The translations under genes and the position numbers were made by a program. The notes beneath the pieces are model-generated. The model searched no databases and was not told the DNA's origin. It saw nothing but the letters and a program-made list of their open reading frames with translations. DNA of 63,561 nt, counting the filler, from Octopus bimaculoides (Eukaryota), in assembly GCF_001194135.2 (NCBI RefSeq). It is 6 parts of 6 records of this genome, joined end to end, with 100 filler letters (N's around TTAATTAATTAA, not from the genome) between each part and the next. Parts side by side here need not be neighbours in the genome. Positions count along the whole stretch, not along the records: positions 39,645 to 52,982 come from NC_069003.1; positions 53,083 to 57,723 come from NW_026417236.1; positions 57,824 to 60,410 come from NC_069006.1; positions 60,511 to 63,561 come from NC_068985.1; 2 more parts are not named here. The stretch is one strand, 5' to 3'. Below, in pieces: positions 50,961 to 63,561 of the stretch (its first letter is position 1; every line of letters starts with the position of its first letter).

Positions 50961-51847
50961 TGGCAACAAATCAGCCAATCAGCATATCGGATTGGTCAAT
51001 GGTTCCGCACCCACTGCTGCAGACTAAATCTAGTACCTGCCAATTTCCACCTGTTTGATCCAGTAAAGGGACAGTGTTTCTGAACAATGAGATGATGATA
51101 CGGATGAGATGAAAATGAGTACAACAATGAACACCTGAATACTTTTCAACGAGGATTCGACAGCTTGATTCGTTTGATGATACAAATGCATCACTTGTGA
51201 CAGAGACTTTGTTGAGTAATAATCTTTGTATAGAGGAAATTTGAACGACCTATACCATAGACAATTTGAACGACCTATACCACTAATGGATACAGGAAAG
51301 TATCTAGAAAGTAGGTGAGTTGGCAGATGACACCTAATTTGAAGGCGGGAAGGGTAGAAGTCTGATCTGGTCTGCGGGAAGCGTTTGAAGCTAATGAAGA
51401 CACATTTTTTACGATCAATTGATAGTAGTAGTAGTGGTGGTGGTGGTGGTGGTGGTGGTTTTAGCAGCAGCCAAATTTTGTACATCGTTGTTGTTATCGG
51501 CGATGCTGTTGTTGTTGTTGTTGCTGCTACTGTTGGTCCTGTACTAATTACGAAAATATAAAACAAACCNNNNNNNNNNNNNNNNNNNNNNNNNNNNNNN
51601 NNNNNNNNNNNNNNNNNNNNNNNNNNNNNNNNNNNNNNNNNNNNNNNNNNNNNNNNNNNNNNNNNNNNNNNNNNNNNNNNNNNNNNNNNNNNNNNNNNNN
51701 NNGTGTGTGTGCGTGTAAAGTGGGGAGGGTTTGAATTATCCGGAATAACAGCCAGAGAATTCGTTTCACTTCAGAAGGAAACAAAACTGGTTTAGGGTGT
51801 CAAATCTTTATTACTCTGACTCTCTGACGTGTAAAACACACAGCAGA

Positions 51848-51918
51848 GGGATGGGTAAGGACAGGGATGGGTAAGGACAGGGATGGGTAAGGACAGGGAT
51901 GGGTAAGGACAGGGATGA
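51848..51918 (+). repeat. 16-bp minisatellite (GGGATGGGTAAGGACA) x4.4
   Basis: Perfect direct tandem copies. Confidence 0.95.
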
Positions 51919-52062
51919 GTGGCTGAGATGAGAGGCTAGGGGTGTATATATAAGTGGTGAGGTGAGGGGACGAGGAAGGAGGCACGTTCCTGGATTGAAA
52001 GATCGATTATTTTTTTCTTTTGTCTTTGGTTGTTTTTGCAGGGTTGTTATTTTTATTATTGC

Positions 52063-52134
<72 letters not shown>

Positions 52135-52495
52135 TTGTTTTTGTGAACCCTTAGTGGTTAATAAAGAAAGCATTATTATTACTATTATTATCAATCCTCA
52201 TTTTTTCTTCTGTTCGATGAAGACTGCGAATAGATAGGAAGAGGAAGATGGTGACGATGAGGTGGAGGAGTTATGGCGGCGAGGAGCGTGTGTGTGTTGT
52301 AGGGGCTGTGTGGTCGTTGCGGTGAAACTGGGTTGTTGAGTAACAGTGGTTAGAGAAAATGAGTGGAGAAGGCAAAGGAGGTTAATTCTTGTTTGTTTTT
52401 ACTTTTTACTTTCGGGCTAATGCGGATAGCCGACTTCTTGAATAATCTATTTGTCTGTCTGTCTGTCTTCTGTCTGCTGTTTGTTGGTTTGTCTT

Positions 52496-52556
<61 letters not shown>

Positions 52557-52982
52557 CTCTATCTATCTATCTATCTATTTGTCTGTCTGTCTGTATGCTA
52601 ATCTAGCTGTCTATATGTATGTCTGTATACGTACATACATATATGTATGTATATATATATATGTGTGTGTACGTGTGTGTGTTTGTGCGTGTGTATATCT
52701 ATATATATGTGTGTGTGTGTGTTTTTATATATATATATATATACATACATATATATATATATATATATGTCTATCTATTTATATTTCTCTCCATCTGTCT
52801 ATTATCAAACTATCTGTGTGCTTGTCAATCAATCAATCTATATACCCATCTAGCGATCTGTATGTCTTTGTAACTGTATGTGTGTGTATGTATGAATATA
52901 TATATATGTACTATGTATGTGTGTGTGTGCGTGCGTGTATATATATATATATATATATTTGTGTATAACAACCAATAATATC

Positions 52983-53082
52983 NNNNNNNNNNNNNNNNNN
53001 NNNNNNNNNNNNNNNNNNNNNNNNNNTTAATTAATTAANNNNNNNNNNNNNNNNNNNNNNNNNNNNNNNNNNNNNNNNNNNN
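52983..53082. other. Artificial assembly spacer
   Basis: 44 N + TTAATTAATTAA + 44 N. Confidence 0.95.
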
Positions 53083-55618
53083 GTTGTTGACAGGGCAATT
53101 AGGGAAAAGAAACAGGCCTGGAAGGACTGGAAAAACGTTGGTAGCAGGGAATTGTATCAGACTGCCAGAAGGGAAGCTAGGCAACAGGTTTATTTAGCCA
53201 GAGGGGAAGCAGATAAGAAAAAGTTTGCCAAGGTTCTGCGCCTTGAGGACCAAAGACATGAGGTATTTCGTGTTGCAAGACAGTATGTGAGAGAGAATCG
53301 TGATGTCGTGGGAGAGAAATGTGTTTGCATGGATGATGGTACGCTTGCACTAAACGAGGCTGCAAAGAAAGAGGTTTGGAGACGCCACTACGAAAGATTG
53401 CTCAATAAAGAGAATGAACTGGAGAAAGAGACCCTGCCGGATGTTGACCCAACAGAGGGACCAGCTATCCGAGTGGACAGTACCATGGTAGATAAAGCAA
53501 TCAAGAGTATGAAGACAGGGAAGGCACCCGGTCTATCAGGAATTACTGCAGGGATGCTCAAAATATCTGGCAGTGTCGGCTATAGCCTAGTCACCTGTAT
53601 TGTTAACCAGGTGTTACACGAAGGAGTCATACCCAATGACTGGTGTAGCAGCACCATAGTCAACTGCTACAAAGGTAAAGGTGATGCTTTAGATACAAAT
53701 AATTACAGAGGTATCAAGTTGTTAGATCAGGTAATGAAAGTCACGGAGAGGGTCATAGCCCAACTAATTAGGGAGTGAATCAATTTAGATGAGATGCAGT
53801 TTGGGTTCGTGNNNNNNNNNNNNNNNNNNNNNNNNNNNNNNNNNNNNNNNNNNNNNNNNNNNNNNNNNNNNNNNNNNNNNNNNNNNNNNNNNNNNNNNNN
53901 NNNNNNNNNNNNNNNNNNNNNNNNNNNNNNNNNNNNNNNNNNNNNNNNNNNNNNNNNNNNNNNNNNNNNNNNNNNNNNNNNNNNNNNNNNNNNNNNNNNN
54001 NNNNNNNNNNNNNNNNNNNNNNNNNNNNNNNNNNNNNNNNNNNNNNNNNNNNNNNNNNNNNNNNNNNNNNNNNNNNNNNNNNNNNNNNNNNNNNNNNNNN
54101 NNNNNNNNNAGGTTCCGTCCTCAGCTCCCTCCTATTTATCATAGTCCTCCTTGCTATAACAGAGAAATTCAAGACAGGATGCCCCTGGGAGCTCCTCTGT
54201 GCTGATGACCTTCCACTAATTGCTGAGTCACTATCAGAACTAGAGGAGAAGTTTCAGGTGTGGAAGCAAGGACTAGAATCGAAGGGCCTTAGAGTCAACC
54301 TAGCAAAAACCAAAGTCGTAATAAGTAGGAAGGTAGAAAAATCACAAACCCCTTCAGGTAGATGGCCCTGCTTGATCTGTAGAAAAGGCGTAGGTAGAAA
54401 CTCTATAAGATGCACCCAGTGCAAGCTATGGACACATAAGAGGTGCAGCAATATCAAAGGAAGGTTAACTAGCAAGTTAGTGTTTGTATGTAGCAGAGGT
54501 TCAGGAGCTATAAACACTGTAAATTTGCAGAAAACAACTTCTGCCACATTCCAGGGAGAAAAACTAGAAGTGGTTGATAGCTTCTGCTACCTAGGTGACC
54601 GAGTTAGTAGTGGGGGTGGGTGCACTGAAAGTGTAGCTGCTAGAATAAGAATAGTTTGGGCAAAGTTCAGAGAGCTCTTACCTCTGCTGGTGACAAAAGG
54701 TCTCTCTCTCAGAGTAGAAGGCAGACTGTATGACGCATGTGTACGAACAGCCATGCTTCATCGCAGTGAAACATGGGCCGTGACTGCGGAAGACATGCGT
54801 AAGCTCGCAAGGAATGAAGCCAGTATTCTCTGACAGATGTGTAATGTCAGTGTGCATACTCGACAGAGTGTAAGTACCTTGAGAGAAAAGTTGAACCTAA
54901 GAAGCATCAGTTGTGGTGTACAAGAGAGACGATTGCGCTGGTATGGTCATGTGGTGAGAATGGACGAGGACAGCTGTGTGAAAAAGTGCCACACCCTAGC
55001 AGTTGAGGGAACCTGTGAAAAAAGTAGGCCCAGGAAGACCTGGGATGAGGTGGTAAGGCAAGACCTTTGAACATTGGGCCTCACCGAGGCGATGACTTGT
55101 GACCAAGACCTTTGGAAATATGTTGTGCGTGAGAAGACCCAGCAAGCCAAGTGCGACCAAAATCCAAGGTCTCTGCCAGGGGTGTAGACAGCCCACTTAT
55201 GTGTACCTTTCATTCATGGACACTAAACTTTGCTTGCGAAGACCTGTTGGGGCAAGCAAAATCATGATGGCACCTGTGCCCAGCATCGCCTTCCTGGCAC
55301 TTGTGCCAGTGGCACATGTAGAGACATTCAAGCGAGATCGTTGCCAGTGCCGCTGGACTGGCTCCTGTGCAGGTGGCACGTAAAATACATTTTGAGTGTG
55401 GCCGTTGCTAGTACCGCCCGACTGGCCTTCGTGCCGGTGGCACGTAAAAGCACCCACTACACTCTCAGAGTGGTTGGCGTTAGGAAGGGCATCCAGCTGT
55501 AGAAACTCTGCCAAATAAGATTGGAGCCTGGTGTAGCCATCTGGTTCACCAGTCCTCAGTCAAATTGTTGAACGCATGCTAGCATGGAAAGCGGACGTTA
55601 AATGATGATGATGATGAT
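53083..55618 (+). mobile_element. RTE-clade LINE, 3' half (RT, PHD-like insert, C-terminus, 3' UTR, (GAT)n tail)
   Basis: GKAPG.SGI, CYKGKGD....NYRGIKLL, QFGFV, GSVLS.LLF, LLCADDL, FCYLG, HRSETW, RLRWYGHVVRM; a few stops and frameshifts; N gap at 53812-54109. Confidence 0.95.
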
Positions 55619-55984
55619 ACATATATAATCTATATATATATCTATATATGGAAAAAAGACTAAGTAGAAAATGCTAAAATACTTTTATAAAGAACATTAC
55701 AGAACTGGTTTCGATCCTTGAGATCTTTTCAACAGTAAATATGAATAATAGATTTTTGAAAAATTATTGAAACATTAAATTTTGGTAAATTTAAAAGAAA
55801 TGTCTTTTTAAAAGACATATTTGTATAGTATTCAAGTCACAGTGGCATTTTTCTTGCTTCTGCCTGCCTCTATCTCACTTGTTAACTCTTGTGGGTTCGA
55901 AGGAGGACTGCTATGGTAGTAGTAGAGTTGATTGGTTGGGTGTCCTGACATTGACCTGTTGGTAGACTTAGTGAACTGTATTGT

Positions 55985-56070
55985 TTTTACTGCCATGTAG
56001 CATGGCTGTTCGTACACATGCGTCATACTGTCTGCCTTTTACTCTGAGTGAGAGGTCCTTTGTCTTTTTA
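55985..56070 (-). mobile_element. Small RTE ORF2 fragment
   Basis: Reverse complement matches the KGLSLRVKGR.YDACVRTAMLHGS coding sequence. Confidence 0.75.
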
Positions 56071-57005
56071 CTGCATTATTTTGTAAAGAATGTTACAAAA
56101 CTTCATATATATTATATGCTCCGTTATTAGACTATTTTCGTTACTCATTGCACGGTGAACGGCGTAAGCTTTAAGCTTACATAAAAATAACATTATTATT
56201 ATTTACAGCATTGTAAAATATGGCACTGTATAATAAAGCCATTCGCACCGAAAGCATATGTATATANNNNNNNNNNNNNNNNNNNNNNNNNNNNNNNNNN
56301 NNNNNNNNNNNNNNNNNNNNNNNNNNNNNNNNNNNNNNNNNNNNNNNNNNNNNNNNNNNNNNNNNNNNNNNNNNNNNNNNNNNNNNNNNNNNNNNNNNNN
56401 NNNNNNNNNNNNNNNNNNNNNNNNNNNNNNNNNNNNNNNNNNNNNNNNNNNNNNNNNNNNNNNNNNNNNNNNNNNNNNNNNNNNNNNNNNNNNNNNNNNN
56501 NNNNNNNNNNNNNNNNNNNNNNNNNNNNNNNNNNNNNNNNNNNNNNNNNNNNNNNNNNNNNNNNNNNNNNNNNNNNNNNNNNNNNNNNNNNNNNNNNNNN
56601 NNNNNNNNNNNNNNNNNNNNNNNNNNNNNNNNNNNNNNNNNNNNNNNNNNNNNNNNNNNNNNNNNNNNNNNNNNNNNNNNNNNNNNNNNNNNNNNNNNNN
56701 NNNNNNNNNNNNNNNNNNNNNNNNNNNNNNNNNNNNNNNNNNNNNNNNNNNNNNNNNNNNNNNNNNNNNNNNNNNNNNNNNNNNNNNNNNNNNNNNNNNN
56801 NNNNNNNNNNNNNNNNNNNNNNNNNNNNNNNNNNNNNNNNNNNNNNNNNNNNNNNNNNNNNNNNNNNNNNNNNNNNNNNNNNNNNNNNNNNNNNNNNNNN
56901 NNNNNNNNNNNNNNNNNNNNNNNNNNNNNNNNNNNNNNNAGAGTACTCAAATACCAGAGCTAGAGTAATATGCTTTATTTAAAAGCAGCAGAAATATAAC
57001 AAAAG

Positions 57006-57045
57006 ACTGTTACTCTGAGTTTCACGTTCCCGTTCATCGGACAGT
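57006..57045 (-). ncRNA. Candidate minimal type I hammerhead with CCGAUGA core
   Basis: ACUGU-CCGAUGA-ACG(GGAA)CGU-GAA-ACUC(a)GAGU-A-ACAGU: all three stems pair; cleavage triplet GUA. Confidence 0.6.
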
Positions 57046-57723
57046 TTTGTTAGAAATGGGAAAGGAATAATAATGCAATCAAAAGTGATATAAAATTTAA
57101 AACACATAGAGTTCTATTATGCACGTATTTTCGCCTGGTTTTAACTTTTATACACCCAGCAGTTTCTTAAGAAGTTGTCTGCATATATACGCTGAGATCT
57201 AAAAGGGTTTTTTATGTAGATGTCTGTATTGTAACAACACTTACATGTTCATATGCGTAATACTAAATTAATATAAGGCCTTTTTTAGATTATGTATATT
57301 TAAGTTGTTTATTGAGTATTTTTTATATAAGCATTACTTAATAGATATACTTCTATTTGACCATGAACTTGTATTAAAAATGTATTTTTTTAATATCTAA
57401 CTGTTTTTTTCTTTGGTCTGAATTTTGTATTTACATTTATAACTCCAATGGTCCTTTTCGAAATGTACAGCATTCTGTATTTGTTCATTATCGAACTTCA
57501 TAGTTTAACATCATAAATTTGAATCATTTGCTTGATATCTTTACTGTTTCAACTCCGTTATGCTGTACGGTTGTATTACATCTCATGTCTTTTCAACTTG
57601 TTTTTTTTACATGTTTTCATAGGTCAACTATGAATGTTGTATATGAATGTTATCTCTTTTTATTATCTGCCTGCTACTAATAAGACCCCGAGGAGATGCA
57701 GTATCCCATATTTTATAATATGC

Positions 57724-57823
57724 NNNNNNNNNNNNNNNNNNNNNNNNNNNNNNNNNNNNNNNNNNNNTTAATTAATTAANNNNNNNNNNNNNNNNNNNNN
57801 NNNNNNNNNNNNNNNNNNNNNNN
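57724..57823. other. Artificial assembly spacer
   Basis: 44 N + TTAATTAATTAA + 44 N. Confidence 0.95.
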
Positions 57824-57872
<49 letters not shown>

Positions 57873-58487
57873 AGTTCAAAAGATAGCATGGATTTTGAAT
57901 AGGGATCAACAGCCAAGAAGAACTAAATACACCCCGCCGCGTGATGATGGATTAATCACTAAGGTATACACACGATGAAACGCCCTCACATAACCATAGT
58001 GTAAACTTGTAGGCATTCGCTAAAAACCAATGTGAATTAGGATCACAATAATTAATTATCTCACCAATTGTGCTCAATAACTGTTTTTCTTTTACGTCTG
58101 TTTCAGTCATTAGACTAAGACCATGCTGGGGCTCCACCTGGTAGAATTTTTAATCGAATGCATCGACACCAGTGACTATTTAAAGCCTGGCACTTATTCT
58201 GTCGGTCTCTCAAGCCAAACCGCCAGGTTACGGGGATGTATACACACCAACACAAATTGCTAAGCGATTGTGAAGGAGACACACACACACACACACACAC
58301 ACACGATGGGCTTCTTACCGTTTCTGCCTACTAGATCAACTCATGACCCTGGTTGCCCCAAAGCTAAAGTAGAAGTGTGTATAATGTATACATGTATATA
58401 TACATAATGTATAATTATATGCAAGTATATCATGTATATGTGTAAGTATATAATGTATATGTATATATATATATATATATGTTTGTA

Positions 58488-58546
<59 letters not shown>

Positions 58547-58572
58547 NNNNNNNNNNNNNNNNNNNNNNNNNN

Positions 58573-58611
<39 letters not shown>

Positions 58612-58614
<3 letters not shown>

Positions 58615-59470
58615 TTACATCAAGTACAGGACATCACCAGCGAGTGAAAGATAAGTAAACACATAATGAGGGACAAGTCCTGGACAAAATACCACAAGAA
58701 ATCTAATCTCTCCTCAGTTGTCGACTGTTAATTATTCCCTATTTCGAGCTTTCAACGACAACATAGGAAAACTTCATTAAAGAGCAGCATCCAGAAAGTT
58801 TATATTTTTTTAATTTCTGTGGAGTTAGAGCTTCGAACGAACAACCAACGACACGGTGGGCGTACAGAGTAAATAATCGACGAAGACAAGCATTAAGGGC
58901 CATTGGGCCAAGACACATAGTAATGGGTAAATGCCTGGGAGAAATTTTGAAAGATATAGAATAAATGCGTGAGAAGAAAATAGTAGAAGAGAAAAATAGA
59001 GAAAAAATGACGTCCAGTTAAGAACGCGTCGCGTCCAGAAAAGACAGAGGAGGAAAAAATGGCCTGTAGTCACGTGGGAACAAACAGGCAGAGGAGAGGG
59101 AAGACAAGAGAGGATGAGGGAAAGAAACAAAGAGAGTGAGGAGAAGGGAGAAGGAACGAAAGATAGTAAGGGGTGGAAAAAAGATAGACAGGGAACAGCA
59201 AAGAAGGAGGGGAGAAACAAACTAAGAGGATTGTAGAGGATAAAGAAAAAAAGAAAGAAAGAAAGAAAAAAAGAAGGGGAACAGAGAGTAGAGTCGTAGA
59301 AATCATAAATAAAAGTAAAAACTTAGTGTGGACAAGGCTGAGTGGCGTTCGAATATAAATATATATTACATCAAGTACAGGACGTCACCAACGAGTGAAA
59401 AATACGTAGACACACGAGAGATAAGTACAGGACAAAATACCAAAAACTATACAATAAGAATAGGACATCA
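58612..59470 (-). mobile_element. Possible Penelope-like relic bounded by direct repeats
   Basis: (t)attacatcaagtacaggac(a/g)tcacca(g/a)cgagtgaaa occurs at about 58612 and 59360; a decayed LxPNGLN-like end lies on the minus strand near 58890-58915. Confidence 0.35.
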
Positions 59471-59477
59471 ACATGTG

Positions 59478-59517
<40 letters not shown>

Positions 59518-59989
59518 TATATATGCATGTGTCTATATATCTGTATATATATGTGTGTGTGTGTATGCATATACCAGCAGAAAGGCCTCCCTCCGTGCAG
59601 TTTTCTACTAGCCACTTGATAATATTTTCACATTTGATTCCCACTTCTAATAATTTTTATGGTATTTTACGTACAAGTATTTCGTTGCATAATACTGCTC
59701 ACTTACTTAGTAAATACTGCTTTCATTATGTTATTACAGTCATAATCTATCTTTTTTTAAAACAAACAATAAGGTAGTCCAACTACGGAGGTAAGAAGCA
59801 GTTTGTCAAGTTTTACCTTCCCCTCAAAGCAACAGAGAGATTTCAAGTTAGCAATCCGTCTGTAAGCTTTGCAGTGTATGTGTGAGAGAGAGGGAGGAGA
59901 AAAGAGAACATTGCAAACAATGAAAGAAATAAACAATGAAAGAAATAAACATGAAATAAAAAAGTCGTTTGAATAAAAGGGTATAACTA

Positions 59990-60410
59990 CAGGTGTATAC
60001 GCCCCCGACTTTGTTGCCTCATAACATCCAGATAAATGGATACTTTTAAACGAAATTTCCGATAAATATCGCTTAGATGTTGTGGCTTCAGAGTATATAG
60101 GGATTTATGGGAAAGAATTTTTCCGAGGTGGTGGAGGGAGGAGTTTCGGAAAATTCACACGATCCGATTTTTTTCCCTCACAACTTTCAGGAAAATGGAT
60201 ATCTTTTAATGAAAGTTTATGCAAATGCCTTTCAAACGCATAGATTACGATTACAAAGAAATTTGTGGGGGAAATTTCTTCCAAGGAGGTGGGGAAAGAA
60301 GTTTCGCTAAAGCGGAGTTTCGGATCACGAAGACCAAATAAATTAGAACTACTGTTTTGACGGGGATTTCGCCTATTTTCTTTTAAACCATAGCCTTCGA
60401 AATGATGGTG
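59990..60410. repeat. Probable non-autonomous DNA-transposon fragment with about 150-bp internal repetition
   Basis: cctca(t/c)aac...aaatggata..tttta..gaaa.ttt appears at about 60015 and 60175. Confidence 0.4.
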
Positions 60411-60510
60411 NNNNNNNNNNNNNNNNNNNNNNNNNNNNNNNNNNNNNNNNNNNNTTAATTAATTAANNNNNNNNNNNNNNNNNNNNNNNNNNNNNNNNNN
60501 NNNNNNNNNN
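60411..60510. other. Artificial assembly spacer
   Basis: 44 N + TTAATTAATTAA + 44 N. Confidence 0.95.
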
Positions 60511-61009
60511 TATATATATATACACACACATGATTATATAGATATCTATATACATTCATACATATGATTATATAGATACACACACTCATGTATGTGTGTG
60601 TGTATGTGTGTGTCTGAAAAGGATCTCTGTCCGACCTACGCAAGCATAGAAAAGGCACCTTAAACAATGATGATGATGATGATGATAGATGGATGAACAA
60701 AGCAAAAAGCTACAATAACTCAACTCAATGAAAAATATATCAACCCTGCCAGACATGAATCCACGACTCCCTGTCGTAATATTCAGTAATGACTTTCATA
60801 TTTATCAAGATCACAGTATATAGCAGTTCCCACTGTGACATAGTTATTCAAAGATTTTTGCCTTTCTTTTGACTCCTTCCATAGATTGGGTCTCGTTTTT
60901 GTGTATAGATTTGACTTAGACCTCATTAAACTGTGGGGCCACTTTCTAATTATATGATATTGAATGGAATCAGCTTTATTTGGTTTCAATCTCACCTGAC
61001 AGCCACCGT

Positions 61010-61675
61010 CTATGTTTATTCTCTCCTTCTCCTCTCTCTCTCTCCCTCCCTCGTCATTGTCTTTGTCTTTTCTCTCTTTAGTCGCTATTTTTTATTTTTC
61101 TGTTTCTCTCTCATTTTCTCCTTCTCTTCGTCTTCTCTTATTTTCTCCCACTCTTCATGTCTTCTCTCTGGATTTTGTCTCTCTGTCTCTCTCTTTCTTG
61201 TCTTATTTGCCTTTCGCTCCCACTCTTTCCTTTTTTCTCTCTTTCTCTCTCTACCCTCTCTCATTTGTCTCTATCTTACTTTCACTATCTTCTCTCTCTC
61301 TATATCGTCTCTCTTTTCTTTCTCTCTCTCTCTCTCTTCTTTCTCTCTCTCTCTTCTTTCTCTCTCTCTCTCTCACTCTCTATTCTTCACTCCCTTTTTC
61401 CTTCTCCCTCTCTCTTGTTCCCTTCCCCTTTTTCCCTTTCTTCCTCCTCTCTCTCCTAAATATATCTCACTTTTTTCTCACTCTCTTTCTCCCCTTCTCT
61501 TTCACTTTTGTCCTACTCTTCCTTCCCCCCTCTCTCTCTCTCCGTCTCTGTCTGCACCTCTCTCCTTTCTCTTTTCTCCCTCTTCCCTATCCTCACCTCT
61601 CTCCTTCCCACCCACTCTCTCTCTCTCTCTCTCCAACTCTCCCTTTCCCCCCTATCCTCTTGTCTCTCCCACTGC
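61010..61675 (+). repeat. About 660-bp CT-rich polypyrimidine low-complexity tract
   Basis: Composition is almost entirely C/T on the + strand. Confidence 0.9.
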
Positions 61676-62013
61676 CATCCTGTAACTATGCAATATTTCC
61701 ATTCAATAGCAGTGACGTACATTACGAAAATAGCTTCACAGCGCCATCCTCACCACCACCACTACTACTACCACCACCTCCGCCACATGCCTACCACAGT
61801 AACACTGCTTCCACCACCACCACCACTACCACAACAACAACAACTCCACCTCCTTCATCACCATAAGTATTTTTATTCCCCCCTCACTCCTTCATTGGCA
61901 TCATGTTCTTGATCGATATACATGTGACTGTTGTTTTTCTATAAGCGTCTCTATGTGACTAGACAGGCAATATAATCAGACGTGCTTGGCATCTATGTGT
62001 AGATATATATACA

Positions 62014-62057
<44 letters not shown>

Positions 62058-62124
62058 AGTATGTACACATATATAGATACACACATATATATATGTATAT
62101 ATACATAAATATATATCTATGATG

Positions 62125-62156
<32 letters not shown>

Positions 62157-62258
62157 ACACACACACATGTGTACATGTGCATGTTCACACACACACACAC
62201 ACGTATATACATATAAATATATACATAATATTTATATCTATTTATCTCTCTTTTTCTT

Positions 62259-62310
<52 letters not shown>

Positions 62311-62855
62311 NNNNNNNNNNNNNNNNNNNNNNNNNNNNNNNNNNNNNNNNNNNNNNNNNNNNNNNNNNNNNNNNNNNNNNNNNNNNNNNNNNNNNNNNNN
62401 NNNNNNNNNNNNNNNNNNNNNNNNNNNNNNNNNNNNNNNNNNNNNNNNNNNNNNNNNNNNNNNNNNNNNNNNNNNNNNNNNNNNNNNNNNNNNNNNNNNN
62501 NNNNNNNNNNNNNNNNNNNNNNNNNNNNNNNNNNNNNNNNNNNNNNNNNNNNNNNNNNNNNNNNNNNNNNNNNNNNNNNNNNNNNNNNNNNNNNNNNNNN
62601 NNNNNNNNNNNNNNNNNNNNNNNNNNNNNNNNNNNNNNNNNNNNNNNNNNNNNNNNNNNNNNNNNNNNNNNNNNNNNNNNNNNNNNNNNNNNNNNNNNNN
62701 NNNNNNNNNNNNNNNNNNNNNNNNNNNNNNNNNNNNNNNNNNNNNNNNNNNNNNNNNNNNNNNNNNNNNNNNNNNNNNNNNNNNNNNNNNNNNNNNNNNN
62801 NNNNNNNNNNNNNNNNNNNNNNNNNNNNNNNNNNNNNNNNNNNNNNNNNNNNNNN

Positions 62856-62904
<49 letters not shown>

Positions 62905-63364
62905 TACACACATACACACACACACAAAATAATATATATAATATATTTACTTAAACGTGTGTGCATGAGTATGTGAGTGTGTGTGCACGTCTGTGTATGC
63001 ATACAGACAGACACACACACACACATATATATATGATAAATATGTATGTAAGCATGAATGTATGTATGTACATATGTATGTATGCATGTATGTCTGTATG
63101 TATAAGGGGCAGTTAACATGACCTTTACAAGGCCTCCAGCTACTGAGATTTATGAGGTTAATCCACCACAGCCCAAGCGTCTTCAGGTCAATGATCGCAA
63201 AATATACGTGGGCGGAAAAACAACTAAAAGTTAGGTCTGAATGCTGGCAACAAGCATAAACTCTTAAAAGCACCCAAAATCTACATATTGAGCATTTCTG
63301 TGTATTAGACCTATTTTACACATGTGCACACATATACATACATGCACATATAAATACATTCATG

Positions 63365-63396
<32 letters not shown>

Positions 63397-63397
63397 C

Positions 63398-63561
63398 TTT
63401 TCTACTCTAGGCACAAGTCCCGAAATTTTTGGGGTGGGGCCAGCCGATTAGATTGACTCCAGTACACAACTGGTGTTTAATTTATTGACCCCAAAAGGAT
63501 GAAAGGCAAAGTCAACCCCAGCGGAATTTGAACTCAGAATGTAAAGACAGATGAAATACCG
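63398..63561 (-). mobile_element. SINE family A, cut by the window end
   Basis: ctaggcacaag...gaaaggcaaagtcaacc...ggaatttgaactcag. Confidence 0.85.

Noticed and set aside
63105-63230. Open frame GAVNMTFTRPPATEIYEVNPPQPKRLQVNDRKIYVGG
   Set aside because: Weak splice signals and no recognised homology.

Overview
AT-rich, microsatellite- and transposon-dense animal DNA. The SINE/RTE/Penelope repeat landscape looks like an octopus (coleoid cephalopod) genome; this is an inference from repeat families, not a database match. The window is not one contiguous molecule: five identical 100-bp artificial spacers (44 N + TTAATTAATTAA + 44 N) join six assembly pieces, and there are many further N gaps. 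One host gene is recognisable: three + strand exons (14821-15025, 21256-21379, 22773-22932) that splice in frame to the N-terminal part of a TTC23/TTC23L-like TPR protein. The third exon ends at a canonical minor-spliceosome (U12, AT-AC type) donor, ATATCCTTT; I could not find its acceptor. Most other recognisable sequence is decayed mobile DNA: CR1-like, RTE, R4/Dong-like and Penelope-like retroelements, mariner, hAT and Helitron relics, several MITEs and at least three tRNA-derived SINE families. The most unusual signals are (i) a ~400-bp fold-back palindrome with a tRNA-like centre and a minimal type I hammerhead ribozyme in each arm (44981-45377), (ii) further hammerhead-like motifs with non-canonical cores in Penelope-type tails that end at (TA)n tracts, (iii) a 580-bp TIR element with an 8-bp TSD and head-to-head telomeric repeats at its centre, (iv) a mariner fold-back palindrome and (v) a PHD-like finger embedded in an RTE reverse transcriptase.
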